Shown piece by piece: positions 57,080 through 64,000 of a stretch of 64,000 nucleotides of DNA. The stretch is taken from the NCBI RefSeq assembly GCF_009914755.1, contig NC_060931.1, one strand, 5' to 3'. Each line of letters starts with the position of its first letter. Position 1 is the stretch's first letter. Under the pieces are notes generated by a model. The model saw only the letters and a program-made list of their open reading frames with translations. It did no database searches and was not told where the DNA came from. The translations under genes and the position numbers were made by a program. The DNA is from the human T2T-CHM13v2.0 reference genome, Homo sapiens.

Positions 57080-58440
57080 AAGATGCCTGTTCTCCTCCTT
57101 TGCTGGCAACCACTAGTTTGTTCTCCATCTCTATAATTAGGTTACGACTGCTGCATAAATTAAATCATACAGTAGCTATCCTTTTGAGGTTGGCTATTAT
57201 CATTCAGTATAATTTCTTTGAGGTTCATCCAAGTTGGTTGTGTGTATCAATAGTTTATTCCTTTTTATTGCTGAGTAGTATTTTATGCTACAGAGGTGCC
57301 ACAGTTTACCAATTTATCCATCAAAGAATGTCTGGGTTGTTTTCAGTTCTCTGCTAATGCAAGTAGAGGTGCTATGAACATTCATGTACAGATTTTTGTA
57401 TGAAGATAAGTCTTTGCTCATCCGGAATAAATTTTTAGGAATACATTTGCTAGGTTCCATGGTAAATTTATATTTACTTTTTAAAAAAACTACCAACCTG
57501 TTTTCCACAGTGATTGTACCATTTTACATTCCCATAAGCAATGTATGAGCAACTCAGTTTCTCTACATCTTCATCAATATTTGGTGTTATCACTATTTTT
57601 CATTTTAGCTATTGTGGATAGTAATATCTCATTATGGTTTTAATTTTATCTCTCTGATAGCTAATGATTTTGAACATTTTCCGTGTATTTGCTATGTGTA
57701 TACCCTCTTTGATGAAATGTCTATTCTTGTGTTTTGCTTATTTCTAATTTGTTTATTTAATGTTGAGTTTTGAGGGTTCTTTATATATTTGGGATATAAG
57801 ACCTTATTAGATATGTGATTTGTAAATATTTTCTTCTATTCTATAATTTGTTTTTTAAACCTTTTAATGCTTTTTTTAATCTTACAGAGTAGATGTTTTC
57901 AATTTGATGAGGTCCAGTTTATCCATTTTTTATCTTATAGATCAAGATTTGGGTGTCAAGTCTAAAAAATATTTATCTATTCCTCATCCCAAAGACTTTC
58001 ACCTGTGTTTCTTCTAAAAATTTTATTGTTTTATGTTTTATATTTAGGTCTCTAATCCATTTTAGTTAATTTTTGTATGCGGTGTGAAGTTTAAATATAG
58101 GCCTGCTCGCCCCTTCCTTCCTTCCTTCCTTCCTTTCTTTCTTCTTTCTTTCTTTCTTTCTTTGCCAGTAGTCTAATTGCTCTAGGATCACTTATTGAAA
58201 AGGTTATTCCTTCTCCATTTGATTGCTTTTGCTACTTTGCCAAAAATTAACTGGGCATATTTGTGTGAATCTATTTCTAGGTGTCCTTTTCTATTTTATT
58301 CATTTATGTATTTATTCCTTTACCAGCTCCACACCGTCTTGATTTCTACCACGATATAATAGGTAGTAACATCAGGAAGAGAGATTCTTCATACTTTATT
58401 CATCTTTTTCAAAATTGTTTTGACTATTATGTGGGCTTTC
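57080..58440 (-). mobile_element. L1M 3' region with an internal (TTCC)/(TTTC) microsatellite at about 58113-58163
   Basis: TGTACCATTTTACATTCCCA and TTTTCAATTTGATGAGGTCCAGTTTATC. Confidence 0.8.
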
Positions 58441-58499
58441 TCTTTTCATGTAGAATTTTACAATATTTATGTCTACCAAGTAAATACATGGTCTCAGCA

Positions 58500-59350
58500 G
58501 TAGAGTGGAGATGACAGATAATAGAATCAGTAGGCCTGAACACAAATGTATAGGATTTTCTCAATCTGAACAGCAGAGAGCAGATAGGTTTTTAAAAATG
58601 AACAGATCCACAGTAATACGTAGAGTAGTAACAAGAGATCTAGCACTGGCATAATCAGAGTCCAGGAAGAAAAGGAGAAGAGTGTGGGAATGAAAAAGTA
58701 GTAAAAGAAAAGTAGTGGATAAAAATGTACAGAATTTCATAAAAGATGTAAATCTACAAATTCAAGAAGCTTAGCAAACTATAAACATAATAAACCTGAA
58801 ATAATTCACATTTAGACACATCATAATTAAACATTTTAATACTAATGACCAAGGAAAAACTTATAAAAGGCCAGGGATAAATGATCCATTATGCATAAAG
58901 GAAGATGAATTTGAATTAAGTGGATTCCTCATCAGAAACTCTAGAGGCCAGAGGAAGAGGCATGACATTTTTAAATGCTGAAAGAGAAGAGCTGTAAACA
59001 TTAAATCCTTTATCAGTGAAAGGATTCTTCAGGAATTAGGAGGAAATAGACATTCTCAAATGAAGGAAAATTAACAGAATTTGTTGCTAGCAGAACTTCT
59101 CTTGAAGAACGGCTAAAGGAAACTTTCAAAACAAAAATAAAATGCCAACAACAAAATGCATATATTCTCAGGAAAAAGGAAAAATAAAAGATGAAGGATA
59201 AAACATTGAAGCAGACATTATAGACTATCCTTGAACTTGTCAGTTTATTTAATCATACTTCATGGCTGAAGCAAAAGATTTAATACCATCTGATACAGTG
59301 TTCAATATAAATAGACATAAAACAACTATATTTAAAAAGTGGAGCTAGTA
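58500..59350 (+). mobile_element. Old L1M ORF1-region remnant
   Basis: CAAATTCAAGAAGCT...TTCCTCATCAGAAAC...GAGGCCAGA...AAATAGACATTCTCA. Confidence 0.7.
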
Positions 59351-61204
59351 AAAGGACTTAAACAGAACAACTCTAGTTCTAAAAAAACAGTATTAGAAAA
59401 AAAGAACTGTAGGTAATAAATCTATGTTCCTGCCTAGATAGCCTGCCCTGGGAAAGAGAGCTAGGTTGTTTAAGGTAGAACATGCTAAGTAAATAGCAAG
59501 CTGATTCAAGTCATGGGAGGTCCAATCAAGTAGTGCAAAGATGTGATTAATCAGGATAACTACTTGGCAGAAGAGTGATTGGTCCTGGTTCATATGCTCT
59601 GGAACCAATATAATAATAACAATTTTAACCTGTACCAACCAAGTGGGTGAATTTTGCTTTCTTAATAAAAATCATATCACAACTTGAAATTATTATGAAC
59701 ATGATTGTAAACTCTAATTATATGTCAAATAGCTTTTTACATATTTATTCCATGACGTAATCTCTCAGTTTAGCATCAGAAACTATCTGATAGAAGCTAC
59801 ATGAATTACAGAAGAGAGCGTAAAAGAAATCAATCAGACCCTGCAAGGAGTTTTAAGTGATAGTCAACCAGCTCTAAAGAATTGCTTATGGGTACCAAAT
59901 AATATTTTCTAAGAAGTGATCAATTTGATCCACTGTAAAAACTTGTATGTTTTCTTTAATTGTTCTTTAATAACGTTAGCCATAGGCTTTAGCTTTATCT
60001 CACTCTTGTCTCATCACCAGTCTGAGACAGATGATTTTAATAATCTACTTCACAGAGCTGGTTTGGGAGTTAATGGGCTTGATTCTCTAGGCTGTGAACA
60101 GAGATCTTTAAATCCATAAAAAATACTCATTTCTTGCCACTCATCACTGTCGGTAAGTGGCTTCACATCCTTTTGGGAAGTAATCAAAGTAAATATCAAC
60201 ATATAAAAATATATCTATTCTAAAGAATTTGTATATTCACTTACACTTTCACAGCTCTGTTTAATATAGTACAGGAAAGAAAGAAAAGGGAGTGGTCCTG
60301 CCTTATTAAGTTTTTTGAAATGGTATTGAAACCTATACAGGTCTTAATCTAAGAGAGAAAAATGAAGAGAGAAGAGAAATATTTAAACTTATATTCAATA
60401 TTTGAAAACTTAACCTGAAAACTCTGATATTGATATAGCTCACTGATTACTTGAGAACAGTTCAAAGTCCATTGTCGTTAATTGTTCCTTCCTTATAATT
60501 AAAATTATGTGTCAATGAGGAACATTACAACATGGATGTGTATGCTCTTTGTCAATATCCAGCCTTGTCTTTTCTCTTTTTTGTTTCCACAAATCTTTGA
60601 AAGACTGTATGCAATTGAGTTTCCAACTGATTTTTGCTTACATATAATATTTGAATGTAAAAGCAGATATGAGGTAGAATAAATTAATATTTATTACTAT
60701 TTAGATTTTTCAATTTGGGGTGGGAAGTAATTTAGACATTTAAAAACCATTCATTTCAATTTTCCCAAACACATGGGTCAAAGATCTGTAAATGTTACCC
60801 TTTATAGACAAGTTCAGCCAATCTTTTTTTGTATTGGCAGTTGAAACAAATGGAATTGGCAATTGAAACAAATGGTAACAACATTTATTAAGTTCAATTA
60901 ATTAAACCAATCTTATGTACAACGTGTAAGGGGATTAACTATTTGCAAAAAGGAGTAATAAGTGAATGATTACAGTAAGACTAGGACATTTCTAACTTCT
61001 GGTGACATTTCATAGGAGGATAGACAGTATCTTAAATGAAGCAGAAGAATTTGTGAAGTATTAAACTAAGAAGAAAAAAATTAACTTATTGGGTGCAGCT
61101 TGGCAGCCCAAGAAGACATTTATCAAGTTTATATAGGAACAGGAGGAACTTGCTAATTAATTGAGTACACTGTCTTTGGTAAAAAAGCTTTGGAATATCT
61201 TTTC

Positions 61205-61690
61205 AGCCACTGTGAGTAATGAATTACCCCAAATTCAATGACCGAAAACAATGCATTTATTGCTTGTGAGTCTACCAGCCGGCTTATCTGGGCCTGACTC
61301 TGTTGAGTTTGGCTGGTTTCACTCAGTTGTGGTCAGCTGGTAGATCAGCTTGGAGCTGACGGGTAAGTTGGGTGTTGGCAAGAAGATGTTTGGGGCAAAG
61401 GGGGTGATGGGGTCAGGTGTCTTTCATCCTTCAACAAGATTCCTTGGGCTTTTTCTCATGGCATGGCAGGCTTCTAAGCAAAAGAGATTAGAAGCGTGAA
61501 ATGTGTCTGAAGGCCTACGGAAAGAACTGGCACACCATTACTTTCACTGCATTCAATTGCCCACATCAAGACTCAAATCCAACCCATATTCAAGGGGAAG
61601 GAAAATACATGACCCTTCTTGAGTGGGGAAGCTGCAAATTCACATGGCAAGAAGCATGAATACAAGGAAGGGTGGAAAGTTCAGGTCATT
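61205..61690 (-). mobile_element. Old MLT1 (MaLR) LTR
   Basis: AACTGGCACACCATTACTTTCACTGCATTC...ATTCAAGGGGAAGGAAAATA. Confidence 0.6.
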
Positions 61691-63023
61691 TGCAATCAAT
61701 CCACCTCATTAGATAAGGAATTTTGTCTCAAACATGGGCTGTAGAAGCCAATTAGAATGACCTAGGAATATGTGGGAGTGGGGTTGAAGGATATTCCATT
61801 AGGATAAACTAGAAGGTTCTGATGCTAAACACAAAAAGTGGGGATGGTCAGTGTACAGATGTATAATAATTCAAAAAGATTGGTAGGGGGAGGATTTGAA
61901 ATCTATTATGAGAGAAGCATCAAAATGAATTAGTTTCAGGAACTTGACAAACCCTCCCAGCTAATGTAGCAAAGCCTAATTTAACCTAGGGGAAAATAAG
62001 CAGCCTCCTAAAAATTAATTTTACTAATAGACATATAAATTCCTGGAAAGCAGGACTGCAGGATCTGATCATATCCCTCTTGTGTCTTTTGTTATTGAGT
62101 AGAAATAATTCTTGCAGCTTGATCACCTCTTCATGCTGAAAGATTCATATTTAATAGAGCCAGACTCAGTGGAGTACCAAGTTTTCATTTGTTCCCAATA
62201 CTAGTCAGTCACTTTGGTGAGGGTAAATACTACAATAGGCAAATTTTGCTAGTATTTCAAAAACTGATATATTGTGCCCCTCTGCCTTCCACCCACCCCT
62301 AACTCAACCTTTGGAACAGTCTTCTTTGCTTTCTAGTCTTTTCCTAATATTCGGTCTCAGGTAGCAGAGATGAGAAAGATGCCCAGAGAATTGGGGTTTG
62401 CTATTTAATCTACGCTTCATTCCCCAAATTTGCTTCTGTTTCAGTTCTGTCTGAACGTGGACTTTAGAGAGACTCCTATTGATATTTTTTTGGATGCATG
62501 CCTTTATTGGAAGATCCTACTCCCCTTGAAACAATACATTTCTCTTAATAAGACTGAACTCTTTCTCTGTAATCCTGATCAATATTTCTCAGGCTTCTGC
62601 TTCCTTTTACTGTGCTGAGAGTTTTTCACATAATTCCTCATATTTTGCTATAGTGAAAGGTACAGTTTATCTAAAAAAGGAGTTTGCTAATACTTTTTGA
62701 TTAATAAGTAACATAGTCACAAGTTTGAGGACACAAATCATGAGCTTAAAGCATTACATAGCCTTGGTGCATCCATTGACTTGGTAGCTGACCCTGGAAA
62801 TATGGGATTCTTTTCACCCTTTTAGAAAGACATTTTCCAAAACATACCTCTCTTTGAAGAATTTAGTTGAGTGTCTGGAATCTAAAATTTATAACATTAT
62901 CATGCATTTGTATAAACTAAAAAATAGATAAAAGGTTATGCATTTGTCATCTACTGGAAGGGAGGTAAGGTAATATTATAAATGCATTTTGCTGAAGTTA
63001 TAAATCATAATGGTGTTACTAGC

Positions 63024-63240
63024 TCAGGGGCTGCCAAACTTTTTCTGTAAAGAGCCAGATAGCAAACATTTTAGCCTTTGCAGGACTACCATCTCTGTGA
63101 CAACTACTTTAATATAAAAGCAGCCACAGGCAATGAAATACATAAACCAATGGGTGTGGTTGTGTTCCAAAAAAACCATTTTTTATAAAAACAAGCAGCA
63201 GGCTGAATTTGGCCCACAGCCATAGTCTGCTGACTCCTTC
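63024..63240. mobile_element. MER58A-like hAT element
   Basis: CAGGGGCTGCCAAACTTTTTCTGTAAAGAGCCAGATAG...CATAGTCTGCTGACTCC. Confidence 0.75.
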
Positions 63241-63426
63241 GCTAGATCAGTGTTTTTCAAACTACATATTAGAACCCATTATTAGTGGTCAGTTTTGTGA
63301 AATGTAACAAATATTTTGAGTAAGATAAAATCAAATGAAGTAAAATATCAGCATATATTCCATCGAATAAAAGGACATATCATATGAAATATATGTATGT
63401 GTTTGAGTCAATATTCAATTTTTTTT

Positions 63427-64000
63427 TGTAGGCTCCAGTCATGGAAGTTTGAAGGCTGCTGGTCAAGAGCAATGAAACTGAGTCCAGCTTTGGATAGTGT
63501 GTAGTAATGAATTAACCTTGCCCAAAGAGAGATCCGGCCTTTGCCCTTGGCCACTGGGGAGTAACCTCTAAGCCCTTTGAAAGTTCTGCGTGACAAGAAT
63601 GCCTTTGTTTACCTGGGGCTTTGGGCCATGCAGAAAGTCTATCATGCAGTTCCAGTTTGATTTCTAGGGCCATGTAGTATCAGCTTCATCTGAGAGACTG
63701 GAGGCTGAGACCAGTTGACCAGGGAGCCCCAGTAAAGACTCTGGATACCAAGGCTCAGGTGAGCTTCCTTGGTTGGCCATAGTTCATGTACATTGTCACA
63801 CAGTGTTTTCAAAAGTGTAGTGCTTTCCGTGACTCCACTGAAAGAGGATAACTGGAACCTCCATGTTCAGAACTTTCCTGGACTCCACTCCATGCATCTC
63901 TTCCCTTGGCTGATTTTGATCTGTATTGTTTGGCTTTAACGAACTACCACTGTGATTATAAAAGCCTTCAGTGAGTTATGTGAGTCCTAGTGAATTAGTG
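63427..64000 (+). mobile_element. MER21C-like LTR, runs off the window
   Basis: CTTGCCCAAAGAGAGATCCGGCCTTTGCCCTTGG...TAACCTCTAAGCCC. Confidence 0.65.

Overview
Human (primate) genomic DNA that I recognise as the TFPI2-GNGT1-GNG11 locus (chr7q21.3). It is AT-rich, dense in repeats, and has two CpG islands. Three spliced genes can be reconstructed base by base: TFPI2 (minus strand, 5 coding exons, 708 nt, 235 aa, three Kunitz domains), GNGT1 (plus strand, 74 aa, CVIS farnesylation box) and GNG11 (plus strand, 73 aa, CVIS). The main unexplained structure is a ~3.5 kb tandem duplication (about 38995-46186). It copies the last GNGT1 exon with an intact splice acceptor and polyA signal but a frameshift. 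Its breakpoint lies inside an Alu, it has patchwork gene-conversion-like tracts, and the two copies carry reciprocal copy-specific segments. The window also contains several templated-insertion or fold-back repair scars. Nearly all ORFs in the six-frame track are spurious. There are no prokaryotic features and no CRISPR array. Repeat subfamily names are from memory of consensus sequences, not from a search.
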